From Patescibacteria group bacterium (lineage in GTDB: Bacteria > Patescibacteriota > Minisyncoccia > Phycocordibacterales > Phycocordibacteraceae): DNA of 63,878 nt. Below are positions 1 through 8,549 of this stretch, piece after piece. Each line of letters begins with the position of its first letter. Positions within the stretch are counted from its first letter, which is position 1. The notes beneath the pieces were generated by a model. That model did no database searches and had not been told where the DNA came from. It saw only the letters and a program-made list of their open reading frames with translations. The position numbers and the translations under genes are program-made. The stretch covers positions 1 through 63,878 of the forward strand of contig JAZKIS010000010.1 in the NCBI GenBank assembly GCA_040384725.1. Reading direction: 5' to 3'.

Positions 1-2609
1 GACGGGACGCCGAGCGGGGTGAGGATGATGTCGACAGGGTTTCCGTCCTTGTCGTACGGCATGTCCTCAACCGGAAGCACGCGGGAGATAACGCCCTTGT
101 TTCCGTGACGACCAGCGAGCTTGTCGCCGACCGAGACGTTACGGACCTGAGCGACGGTTACGACGATCTTCTTGATGATGCCCGACTCAAGCTGGTCTCC
201 CTGCTCGCGACTGAACACCTTCACGCCGATAACGCGGCCGCGCTTCCCTCCTTCCATGCGGAGCGAGGTGTCCTTCACGTCCTTGGCCTTGTCGCCGAAG
301 ATCGAACGGAGGAGGCGTTCCTCAGGCGTAAGCTGGGTCTCGCCCTTTGGCGTTACCTTACCTACGAGGATGTCGCCAGGGCGGACTTCCGCACCGATGC
401 GAACCACGCCCTCCTCGTCGAGGTTCTTGAGACGGAGCTCACCGACGTTCGGGATGTCGTGAGTCGTAACCTCAGCGCCGAGCTTCGTGTCGCGCACGGC
501 GCACTCGAAGTCCTCGATGTGAACGGTAGTAAATTTGGATTCCTCAACGAGGCGCTCAGACACGATGATCGCGTCCTCGTAGTTAGCGCCGTTCCAGCTC
601 ATGAAGGCAACACGGACGTTTTGTCCGAGCGCCATCTGTCCCTGGTCCGAACTGGATGCGTCAGCGAGGACGTCTCCCTTCTTCACCTTGTCGCCAGTAG
701 CAACAATTGGACGCTGCATGAATGCAGAGTTCTGGTTGGTCTGAGTGAGGCCCTGGAGCTTGTACTCGTGAGGCTTTCCGGATGCTGGCGTAACGATAAC
801 CTTGCGTGCATCGCAGTAGGACACGGTTCCCGCTTCTTCAGCGATAACGAGGCGTCCCGTGTTGCGGGCTGCATGGCCCTCGATGCCGGTAGCAACCAAA
901 GGTGCCTCAGGAATGAGGACCGGGGTCGCCTGCTTCTGCATGTTCGAACCCATGAGCGCGCGGTTCGCGTCGTCGTGGTCGACGAACGGGATCATCGCGG
1001 TAGCGGCCGAGAACATCTGGTACGTCGACGCATCGATGTAATCGATCTCGTCGCGACGGACAACCGCAGGCTCGCCAGCGCGGCGTGCCTCGATCGTCTC
1101 AGGGACGATGCGCTGCTTGTCGTCTACGGGAGTAGCGGCGTGTGCGATGACATGCTCCTCCTCCTCGAGCGCGTTCAAGTACTCAACAGTGTCCGTAACG
1201 ACACCCTTCGTAACTTTCGCGTACGGGGTCTCGATAACGCCGAACTCGTTCGTACGAGCGTGGAGCGCGAGACGGAGGATAAGACCGATGTTCTGTCCTT
1301 CCGGAGTGTGGATCGGGCAGAGGCGTCCATAATGGGACGGGTGCACGTCGCGAACCTCGAAGCCTGCACGCTCGCGCGTAAGGCCACCGGGACCGAGTGC
1401 GGACAGGGTGCGCATGTTCTCGAGCTCAGCGAGGATGTTCTGCTGGTCCATGAACTGCGAGAGCTGGTTCGCGGTGAAGAACTCGCGCACCGACGCCGAC
1501 AATGGGCGCGGGTTCACGAATGCCATTGGGAGCGAGGTCTCAGACTCGATGGTGGACATGCGGTCCTGGATGTTTCGCTTCATGCGGGACATACCGACGC
1601 GCATACGAGCCTGGAGGAGTTCGCCGACGAAACGGACGCGGCGGAAGCCGAGGTGGTCGATATCGTCCGGAACCGCGTTCGCATCCTGGTTCATGCGGGC
1701 GATCTCTCCGACGATGCGGATGAGGTCGTCGAGCGTGAGTGCGCGCTGGTCGAGAGACTTCTTATCAGTCGGGAGACCGAAGCGAGCGTTCAGGCGATGG
1801 CGTCCGACCTTGGAGAGGTCGTAGCGCTCAGGAGCGAAGAGGGTGTTCACGTAGGACTTGGCATTGTCCGGGGTCGCCAAATCGCCGTCGCGCATGCGGC
1901 GGTGCACTTCGACGAACGAGTCTTCGAGTGTCTGAGCAGTATCGTGCTCAAGCGTCTTCATAACGGCAGCCGTAGCCACCTCGTCTCCCTTGAACTTCTT
2001 CAGGATCTCGTCGCGGGTTCCCGCGCCGAAGATAGAAAGGAGGTTCGTAACCGGGAACTTACGCTTGCGGTCGATCTTCACGAAGACCGCACCGTCAGCG
2101 TCAGATTCGATCTCGATCCATACGCCACGCGCAGGAATGAGTTTCGCGCCGAAGAAGTTACGTCCCTTGTTCTCTTCTGCGACGAAGAACGCGCCGAAGG
2201 AACGAGCGAGCTGCGGAACGATTGCGCGCTCAACACCGGACACGATGAAGGAGCCGTGCGGCGTCATCATCGGGATATCGGTGAGGAAGATCTCCTGAGT
2301 CTTCTCAGAACCGAAGGTCTTGTTAACGAGCGTAACGGACGCCTTAAGAGGAGCCTCGTAGGTACGCATGTTCTCTCTTGCCTCTTCCTCGGTACCCTTA
2401 GGAGCACCGATCTCGAAGCCGTCGAAACGGAGCTCGAACTTCTTGCTGGAATAATCAGGAATCGGCGAGAACTCCTTGAAGAGTTCACCGAGGCCCTCTT
2501 TGAGGAGCCACTGGAACGATTCCCTCTGGTGCCCTACCAGATCCGGAAAGTCGACGCGTGGTGCGCGGTACGCACCGAAGGTCTTCTGCACGAGCTGCTT
2601 TTTCTGCAT
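1..2609 (-). CDS. rpoB: DNA-directed RNA polymerase beta subunit, N-terminal ~869 codons (3' end lies beyond the left edge)
   Basis: Hand translation of the minus strand from ATG 2609 ([25 protein letters not shown]...) stays open to base 1. It ends ...[40 protein letters not shown], the universal RpoB GRHGNKG block. It is missing from the ORF track only because no stop lies in the window. The tracked 871-aa plus-strand ORF 105..2720 is its antisense shadow. Confidence 0.95.
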   Translation of the reverse strand, partial: [869 protein letters not shown]

Positions 2610-2648
2610 GTGCGCGGTATGTTAGACAGTCTCCCTAAACGCCGAATG

Positions 2649-2668
2649 GGCACGTATATATACGTGCC
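2649..2668. promoter_or_regulatory. Perfect 20-bp palindrome in the rpoB 5' leader (function unknown)
   Basis: GGCACGTATATATACGTGCC reads identically on both strands. It lies 40-59 nt upstream of the rpoB ATG. Confidence 0.4.
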
Positions 2669-2754
2669 GCGCCCCTCGTTCTTAGGAGACGCTGTTTTTA
2701 AAAATTCGCCCTTGATGTAAGCCCCCGAATCCCCCGTTACTCAGTCGTAGGGAT

Positions 2755-2784
2755 ACTATACCGTGAAGGACCCATGAGGGTCAA
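2755..2784 (-). promoter_or_regulatory. Candidate sigma70-type promoter for rpoB
   Basis: Minus strand: TTGACC (2784-2779), 18-nt spacer, TATAGT (2760-2755). This implies a leader of about 140 nt. Confidence 0.5.
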
Positions 2785-2799
2785 GGCGCAGGGTGGATA

Positions 2800-2830
2800 A
2801 GAAAAAGGGCGGCTCCCGGAGAAGCCGCCC
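2800..2830 (-). terminator. Rho-independent terminator after the 2849..3460 gene
   Basis: Minus strand: GGGCGGCT, 8-nt loop, AGCCGCCC, followed by TTTTTCTT. It starts 19 nt after the stop codon. Confidence 0.7.
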
Positions 2831-2848
2831 GATTCTACATGAAGGTGA

Positions 2849-3460
2849 TCAGACCCTCAGATCAACACCTTGGGAGTCTGCCTCAACCGAGGCATCCTGC
2901 TCCGCTTTCATGCTGCGGAGCATGTCATCGTCCAGACAGAACGCCCAGGTGATGAAATAGCCGAAGGCCGGTGCGAGACAGATTGTTAGTATGCGCTCGA
3001 TGAAGCCGAACGACGTGTCATTCATCGTCGCCGTAACGACCGCGAAGCCCAGGGCGAACGGCGGAACAATGAAGCCGAAACTCTGATGCTCGAGATAGTC
3101 GCACGCGAGCTTGCTCCGGTCGTACCAGACCACGATCACTGTCAACAGGGGCACCCCGAGTACGATCGAGAGGAAGATGGATTCTGAAGCGAGAAGGCAG
3201 GCGGCCGCAAGGACAACCAGCGCTCCGTGCATCATGTTCCTCTCAGCATCGCGCGCCGAGTAGATATCTCGGGCAGATACCCGAGCGATCCAGTACAAAC
3301 CGAAGAGGACGCAGCCGACGAAATATGTGCCGGCGATCACTACGACTGGGAAGTAGCTAGCCCAGCCTGGATCGGTAGTCATGTGGCTCAGCACAATGAC
3401 CAGACCGAGCACGAAACCTGTAAGGGTAAATCCGCGCGGTAGATTCAGAAACTTTCCCAT
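2849..3460 (-). CDS. Polytopic membrane protein, unknown family
   Basis: 203-aa tracked ORF with 5-6 hydrophobic helices (e.g. FTLTGFVLGLVIVLSHM, VVVIAGTYFVGCVLFGLYWI). It has its own terminator. I recognise no family motif. Confidence 0.65.
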   Translation of the reverse strand: MGKFLNLPRGFTLTGFVLGLVIVLSHMTTDPGWASYFPVVVIAGTYFVGCVLFGLYWIARVSARDIYSARDAERNMMHGALVVLAAACLLASESIFLSIVLGVPLLTVIVVWYDRSKLACDYLEHQSFGFIVPPFALGFAVVTATMNDTSFGFIERILTICLAPAFGYFITWAFCLDDDMLRSMKAEQDASVEADSQGVDLRV

Positions 3461-3551
3461 TTCAAGGACTCCTAGAACGGCCCCGACGGATGTCGAGTCT
3501 GGACATTATTATGCGCGAAACTGCACTATTGTCAATGTATAAAACTATTGC

Positions 3552-4214
3552 CTACTTGCCTTTCAGCTTCTTCGCCCGGAACTCATCGATCTTCTTATGG
3601 TCTCCGGTCTTGAGGACCGGCGGGACCTTATACTTCTTCCCTTCCCACTCAATAACCTCAGGGCGGGTATAGACGTCAGGAGGCGCGATGCGGCGCTCTT
3701 CGACCGACTCATCCTTCCCGAGTACGCCCGGGATGCGGCGCGTGATGGCGTCGACCATGGCGAGTGCCGGCACTTCCCCTCCGGTGTACACCGCTTCACC
3801 AACCGCATAGGTCTTAAGGGTACCCATAGTTGCGACGATCTTCTTCGCGCGCTCGTCGATGCCTTCGTAGCGGCCGCAGAGGAACGCTACCTCGTCATAC
3901 TTGCCGAGGAGATCGGCATCCTTGTTCGTGAACTGCTTTCCTGAAGGACTGAACCAGATGATTGCCTTCTTACCCTTGCGACGTCCCAGAGACTTCTTTA
4001 CCGCCTTCACAACCGGAAGTGCCGTCATAACCATGCCAGGACCTCCGCCATACGGACGCTCGTCTACCTTGCCCCAACGGTTCGTTACATAGGTGCGCGG
4101 ACTCTCGTAGGCAACCGAGATCTTCTTGTTGGTGCGGGCACGGCCAAGGATCGACGCAGAAAGATACGCCTCGCAGGCTTCAGGGAAAAGGGTTATGAGG
4201 TGGAATCGGACCAT
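3552..4214 (-). CDS. trmD: tRNA (guanine37-N1)-methyltransferase
   Basis: MVRFHLITLFPEACEAYL... and ...ERPYGGGPGMVM... match TrmD. It sits in the classic position downstream of rpsP. Confidence 0.95.
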   Translation of the reverse strand: MVRFHLITLFPEACEAYLSASILGRARTNKKISVAYESPRTYVTNRWGKVDERPYGGGPGMVMTALPVVKAVKKSLGRRKGKKAIIWFSPSGKQFTNKDADLLGKYDEVAFLCGRYEGIDERAKKIVATMGTLKTYAVGEAVYTGGEVPALAMVDAITRRIPGVLGKDESVEERRIAPPDVYTRPEVIEWEGKKYKVPPVLKTGDHKKIDEFRAKKLKGK

Positions 4215-4630
4215 GTGTTTGTACGTAAATATTCTTCTATCAGGGCGATGTCGGCAAGGTCCTTCTCGCGTGAGTTCTCACGCTTAAAGAATATAAACTC
4301 ATCAAGCGACAGAAAAGGGATCTCGGCGAACATCTCGGCCTTGCGAATAAGGTCCGCTGCGGATACGAAACGGTTTTCGCTCTCGATGATCATGTCGCTG
4401 TAGACCTCGAAGCAATCGTGCTTGAGGCGATCTCGTCCCCACTTCTGTCTGAAAGGAGCATCTATTTCCCAGCCTCTCGACTGCAAGAGAGCAAACGTCT
4501 CAGGTGTCACCACCATGTCTATGTCATCGCTCTTCCGTATGCTACGGACATCGAGACACGAGCCGCCCACCACAAGATAGGTCCCGGCTGGCAGATCAAG
4601 AGCTTTGACCGCCGCGATGTGGTCGAGCAT
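4193..4630 (-). CDS. Small nucleotidyltransferase-fold (Pol-beta superfamily) protein
   Basis: GGSCLDVRSIRKSDDIDMVV fits the G[GS]-x(9-13)-DxD minimal NTase signature. 145 aa. It overlaps the trmD start by 22 nt. Confidence 0.6.
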   Translation of the reverse strand: MLDHIAAVKALDLPAGTYLVVGGSCLDVRSIRKSDDIDMVVTPETFALLQSRGWEIDAPFRQKWGRDRLKHDCFEVYSDMIIESENRFVSAADLIRKAEMFAEIPFLSLDEFIFFKRENSREKDLADIALIEEYLRTNTWSDSTS

Positions 4631-4635
4631 GGAGG

Positions 4636-4947
4636 TTAGGCGATATCGCCGAGCATCTGCTCAAGGCTACGGTTGCCTTCTTCCTGGCCGAAATGCTTCC
4701 CGCCCATCGGCTCGTTGATCTTCAGGTTCACACGCGCGTTATGCTTCATGCCAACAACGCGAAGAAGTGTACGGATCGCCTTCGCGATGTTTCCGTCCTT
4801 CCCGATGATCTTGCCCATGTCTTCCGGCGCAACCGTGAGCGTAAGGAGGACACCCATCTCGTCTACCGAACGTGCGATAACCACCGCGTCGGGATTGTCG
4901 ACGAGTGCCTTAATAGTGAAATCGAGATATGCGTGGTCTTGTTCCAT
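4636..4947 (-). CDS. KH-domain RNA-binding protein (YlqC/UPF0109-like)
   Basis: ...PEDMGKIIGKDGNIAKAIRTLL... carries the GxxG KH motif. It lies directly downstream of rpsP, as in the Bacillus rpsP-ylqC arrangement. Confidence 0.85.
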   Translation of the reverse strand: MEQDHAYLDFTIKALVDNPDAVVIARSVDEMGVLLTLTVAPEDMGKIIGKDGNIAKAIRTLLRVVGMKHNARVNLKINEPMGGKHFGQEEGNRSLEQMLGDIA

Positions 4948-5008
4948 AGAATCGTATCAGCGTTACGGGATATTCGTGTCTAAAGCGAGTCAGGCTCGCG
5001 AGAAGAGC

Positions 5009-5503
5009 TTATGCAGCTGGCTCCTCTTCTTTTGCCTCTTCTACTACAGGAGCCTCTTCAGGTGCAGCTTCCTCTACCGGAGCTTCTTCAGCTGGTGCCT
5101 CTTCTGCTACGGGAGCTGCTGCAGCCTCTTCTGCGGCCTTCGCCTCAGCAGCATCTGCCTTCGCCTTCTCCTCAGCGGCCTTTGCGGCTGCTGCCTCATC
5201 CTCTGCCTTCTTCTTCGCGATGTTCTTCTCGAGATTCTTCTTCGAGATAACCGCTACCTTGGAGCCTTCGAGAACGCCGTTCTTGATAAGGAGGTTCTTG
5301 AGGGATGGAGATACCTGCGCGCCCTTCTTGATCCAGTCCTGGATCTTCTCTGCCTTGTAGGTAATCTGCTTGGTCTTCGGGTTGTAGGTGCCGACGAGGT
5401 CGACATACTTGCCCGCCTTAGGGCCGGCGGTCTTCTCGAGCACGGCCATGCGGAACGACGCGTCGTTCTTGCGGCCTATGCGCTGGAATCGGATCATCAA
5501 CAT
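5009..5503 (-). CDS. rpsP: 30S ribosomal protein S16 with an Ala/Glu/Pro-rich C-terminal tail
   Basis: MIRFQRIGRKNDASFRMAVLEK...VGTYNP is the S16 core. Residues ~85-164 are low complexity (AEEKAKADAAEAKAAEEAAAAPVAEEAPAEE...). Confidence 0.95.
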   Translation of the reverse strand: MLMIRFQRIGRKNDASFRMAVLEKTAGPKAGKYVDLVGTYNPKTKQITYKAEKIQDWIKKGAQVSPSLKNLLIKNGVLEGSKVAVISKKNLEKNIAKKKAEDEAAAAKAAEEKAKADAAEAKAAEEAAAAPVAEEAPAEEAPVEEAAPEEAPVVEEAKEEEPAA

Positions 5504-5825
5504 ATGTAGCGGGAAGCGTACCAGATATGGTGTTAAGGGTCAAACTAAGACATAAAAAGCGCCCGATCGAAGTCAGGCGCGGTTCAAGAAAGGGCGGGAG
5601 ACAGCCGCCTGCGAGTTGCCACCGACGACAACTGTCTCCCTCTGGACCAGAGGCCCAGGTCCGACGCATTGGAATCACGCACGCCAGACATGCGCATCAA
5701 ACCACGAACGTGTATGTATTGCAAGTTACGCCTCTAGTTGCTCGCACGGGAGAGTATTAGGTCATGGAAAATGCTGGAAACCACTTCATAGCAAATACCG
5801 CTTCATCTGCTACAGTCTAGAGAAC

Positions 5826-7793
5826 ATGCAACCAAAGAAAGATATCGAGTACGAAGGGCCGATAACCATTATCAAGACCGGAAAAGGATTCTTCACGTTC
5901 GACCCGAACGAGGAGGACATGTTCATCACGGGCGAGAACCTGGGCGGCGCCTTCCCGGGCGACCGCGTAAAGGTAGTGTTCATAGGGAACGACACCGACA
6001 AGCGCACCGGAAAGGCCAGGCCTGCCGGCAAGGTAGTAGAAGTCGTCGAGCGCTCGAGGGAGACCTTCGTCGGGAAGCTCGTCGAGAACAAGGAGGAGAA
6101 TCTAATCATGATGATTCCGGACTGGAAGAAGATGTACGTTCCGTTCGTGGTTAAGGGCGAATCACTCCCTATCGGGCACAAGGTGGTCATCCGCTTCAAG
6201 GGATGGAACCAGCATCAGCCGTACCCGTGGGGCGAGCTCGAGGAGATCATCGGCCCCGCCGGCGAGCACGAGACCGAGATGCGCGCGCTCGCCTTGTCCC
6301 AGGGCTTCCGCTCTGACTTCCCTCCTGGCGTACAGACCGAGGCGAAGTATCTCGAGGAGCACGGCCGCCAGATGCTTAAGGACGGCGCAGACCAAGGTAT
6401 AGCGGCAGGTACCCGCAAGGACTTCCGCGGAACTCCCACCTTCACCATCGATCCGTTCGATGCGAAGGACTTCGACGACGCGCTCTCGGTTAAGACGCTT
6501 CCGAACGGGAACTACGAGATCGGCGTGCACATCGCCGACGTCTCCCATTTCGTCGTGCCTGGCACTCAGATCGACAACGAAGGCCGGAAGCGCGCAACCT
6601 CGGTGTACCTCGTGGATCGAACGATCCCGATGCTTCCGCATATCCTCTCGACCGATCTCTGTTCCCTGAATCCGAACGAGGACCGTCTCTCCATGTCGGC
6701 AGTGTTCGAGCTCGACAAGGAAGCGGGTATCGTCTCCCGCTGGTTCGGTCCAACGGTTATCCACTCCGACAAACGCTTCACGTACGAGGAAGCGCAGGGA
6801 GTGCTCGACACGCAGGACGGCATCATGCTCGAAGAGCTCAACCTCTTGAAGATGCTCGCCGATAAGATCCGTGCGCGACGTATCGCTCGAGGCGCTATCG
6901 CGTTCGACACGCCTGAGGTTAAGGTTCTCCTTGATGAGAACGGGAAGCCCGTGGATATCGTCGCCAAGGAGCGTATCGACACGATGCTCGTTATCGAGGA
7001 CTTCATGCTCCTCGCGAACGAGGCGGTTGCGCAGTATTTGAGCGAGCAGGTAAAGAAGATCAAAGGCGCGAGCATCTATCGCGTACACGAGTCGCCGGAC
7101 GCAGACCGCATCGAGAACCTGTCACAGTTCCTCAAGGTTATGGGGTACGAGCTTCCGGTGCTCGCAGGCAAGGTGAAGGGCCAGGACATCAACGCGCTCC
7201 TTGAGAAGGTAGTGGGCAAGCCCGAGGAATACCTCATCAAGGTCGCTGCGCTCCGTTCGATGGCGAAGGCGGTATACACCACGAAGAATGCAGGGCACTT
7301 CGGCCTCGCGTTCGAGTTCTATACGCACTTCACCTCCCCTATCCGCCGGTATCCGGACCTTCTCATCCACCGCCTCGTGAAGCACTTCACCGTGAACGGC
7401 GAGTTCTCGAACGCGGAGAAGGCCGAGCTCGATGAGCTCGCGGTGCACTCGAGCGAGCGCGAGGTTGCTGCAACGGAAGCGGAACGCGACTCCATCAAGA
7501 TGAAGCAGGTGGAGTACATGATGGAGCACATCGGCGAGGAGTTCGATGCCGTTATCTCAGGCGTCTCCGATCGAGGGCTCTACGTCGAGCTCAGGGAAAG
7601 CCGTGCCGAAGGCATGATCCGGGTTCGCGACATCGGTGACGATTACTTCGTCTATGACGAGAAGCGGTACCGCCTCGTGGGCGAGAAGACGAAGACCGAG
7701 TACGCGCTCGGCGATCCGATCCGCGTGAAGCTCATCGATGCGAGACTCGCTGAGCGAGAGCTCGACTTCCAGATCATCAAAGCTGCAGCATAA
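5826..7793 (+). CDS. rnr: Ribonuclease R (RNB family 3'-5' exoribonuclease)
   Basis: I moved the start to ATG 5826 (MQPKKDIEYEG...). RNB motifs are present (TIDPFDAKDFDDALSV, HFGLAFEFYTHFTSPIRRYPDLLIHR), followed by a C-terminal S1 domain. Confidence 0.9.
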   Translation: MQPKKDIEYEGPITIIKTGKGFFTFDPNEEDMFITGENLGGAFPGDRVKVVFIGNDTDKRTGKARPAGKVVEVVERSRETFVGKLVENKEENLIMMIPDWKKMYVPFVVKGESLPIGHKVVIRFKGWNQHQPYPWGELEEIIGPAGEHETEMRALALSQGFRSDFPPGVQTEAKYLEEHGRQMLKDGADQGIAAGTRKDFRGTPTFTIDPFDAKDFDDALSVKTLPNGNYEIGVHIADVSHFVVPGTQIDNEGRKRATSVYLVDRTIPMLPHILSTDLCSLNPNEDRLSMSAVFELDKEAGIVSRWFGPTVIHSDKRFTYEEAQGVLDTQDGIMLEELNLLKMLADKIRARRIARGAIAFDTPEVKVLLDENGKPVDIVAKERIDTMLVIEDFMLLANEAVAQYLSEQVKKIKGASIYRVHESPDADRIENLSQFLKVMGYELPVLAGKVKGQDINALLEKVVGKPEEYLIKVAALRSMAKAVYTTKNAGHFGLAFEFYTHFTSPIRRYPDLLIHRLVKHFTVNGEFSNAEKAELDELAVHSSEREVAATEAERDSIKMKQVEYMMEHIGEEFDAVISGVSDRGLYVELRESRAEGMIRVRDIGDDYFVYDEKRYRLVGEKTKTEYALGDPIRVKLIDARLAERELDFQIIKAAA

Positions 7794-7799
7794 GAAAAC

Positions 7800-7825
7800 G
7801 CCGCTCTGTTTCCAGGGCGGCTTTT
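7800..7825 (+). terminator. Weak terminator after rnr
   Basis: GCCGC, 12-nt loop, GCGGC, then TTTTCGTT. It sits between the convergent rnr and 7828..8121 genes. Confidence 0.35.
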
Positions 7826-7827
7826 CG

Positions 7828-8121
7828 TTATCCTTCCGACTCGTCCGGCCGTCTATGACTCATCAGGTCGTCGAGGGAATAGACGCCGCTCATCCAGAGA
7901 CAGCCCTGGACGAATCCTAGCCAACGCATGGCCTTCTCAATTCTTCCTTCATGGATGAAGATCTCCATCTTCGGAAGCATCCCGCAGCAATGCGCGAGAG
8001 GGTCTTCTCCTTGCTTGAAAATGACCAGCTCTTCGTGCGGATAGTCTCTCGGCTCGACATTCATCGCGACGAAGCGGCTGCGATACATACGCACCACTTC
8101 AAGTATCTTCTCCGGTGTCAT
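7828..8121 (-). CDS. Hypothetical 97-aa protein
   Basis: Tracked ORF (MTPEKILEVVRMYRSRF...) in the same orientation as the gdh-GFA genes. I see no recognisable motif. Confidence 0.5.
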   Translation of the reverse strand: MTPEKILEVVRMYRSRFVAMNVEPRDYPHEELVIFKQGEDPLAHCCGMLPKMEIFIHEGRIEKAMRWLGFVQGCLWMSGVYSLDDLMSHRRPDESEG

Positions 8122-8191
8122 CCGATACTCCTTTCTACGGATACCGCTCCGCTCTTCCGCTACTATACAGACCTCAGAAACCTTGTCGATT

Positions 8192-8545
8192 CTATGCGTT
8201 CTTTCCGTCGTACGGCATCCGGTTCAAGGCCCCGAGATCGATCCCGTCTATCGTGCGCACGTTGATCGCCACTGCAGGAGTCCCGTCCGGATTGCTCCCC
8301 CTCCCGAAGACCTGTACGCCGCAGTCCGAGCAGAACAAGTGCTCGATGACATGCTTGTTGAAGCGATAGGTCTTCAGCTCTTCCTCGCCCTGGAGGATCC
8401 TGAATTTCTCGGGAGTCGTGAACTGGAGCAGGAACCCCTTTATCTGGCAGTGCGAGCAATTGCACTCGATAACCGGCTGGGTGAGGTCGAGCTCTACTTC
8501 GTACCTGATATTCCTGCAGTGGCAGGCGCCTTCGTATGTTTCCAT
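8192..8545 (-). CDS. GFA/CENP-V family Zn-binding protein
   Basis: I moved the start to ATG 8545 (METYEGACHCRNIRYEV...CNCSHCQIKG...FCSDCGVQVF). This is the Cys pattern of the glutathione-dependent formaldehyde-activating fold. The upstream part of the tracked 170-aa ORF overlaps gdh. Confidence 0.85.
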   Translation of the reverse strand: METYEGACHCRNIRYEVELDLTQPVIECNCSHCQIKGFLLQFTTPEKFRILQGEEELKTYRFNKHVIEHLFCSDCGVQVFGRGSNPDGTPAVAINVRTIDGIDLGALNRMPYDGKNA

Positions 8546-8549
8546 ATGT

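Noticed and set aside
105-2720. 871-aa plus-strand ORF, the longest tracked ORF at the left end
   Set aside because: It is the antisense shadow of rpoB. The minus strand translates into textbook RpoB motifs, while the plus-strand product is R/V/L/E-rich nonsense with no motifs.
5632-5650. Minus-strand CUGG-UCC-AGAG-GGA-GACA-G resembles the SRP RNA domain IV core (CAGG-UCC-GGAA-GGA-AGCA-GCC)
   Set aside because: The loop is not a GNRA tetraloop, the AGCA symmetric-loop motif is missing and there is no long closing helix. This is too weak to call ffs.
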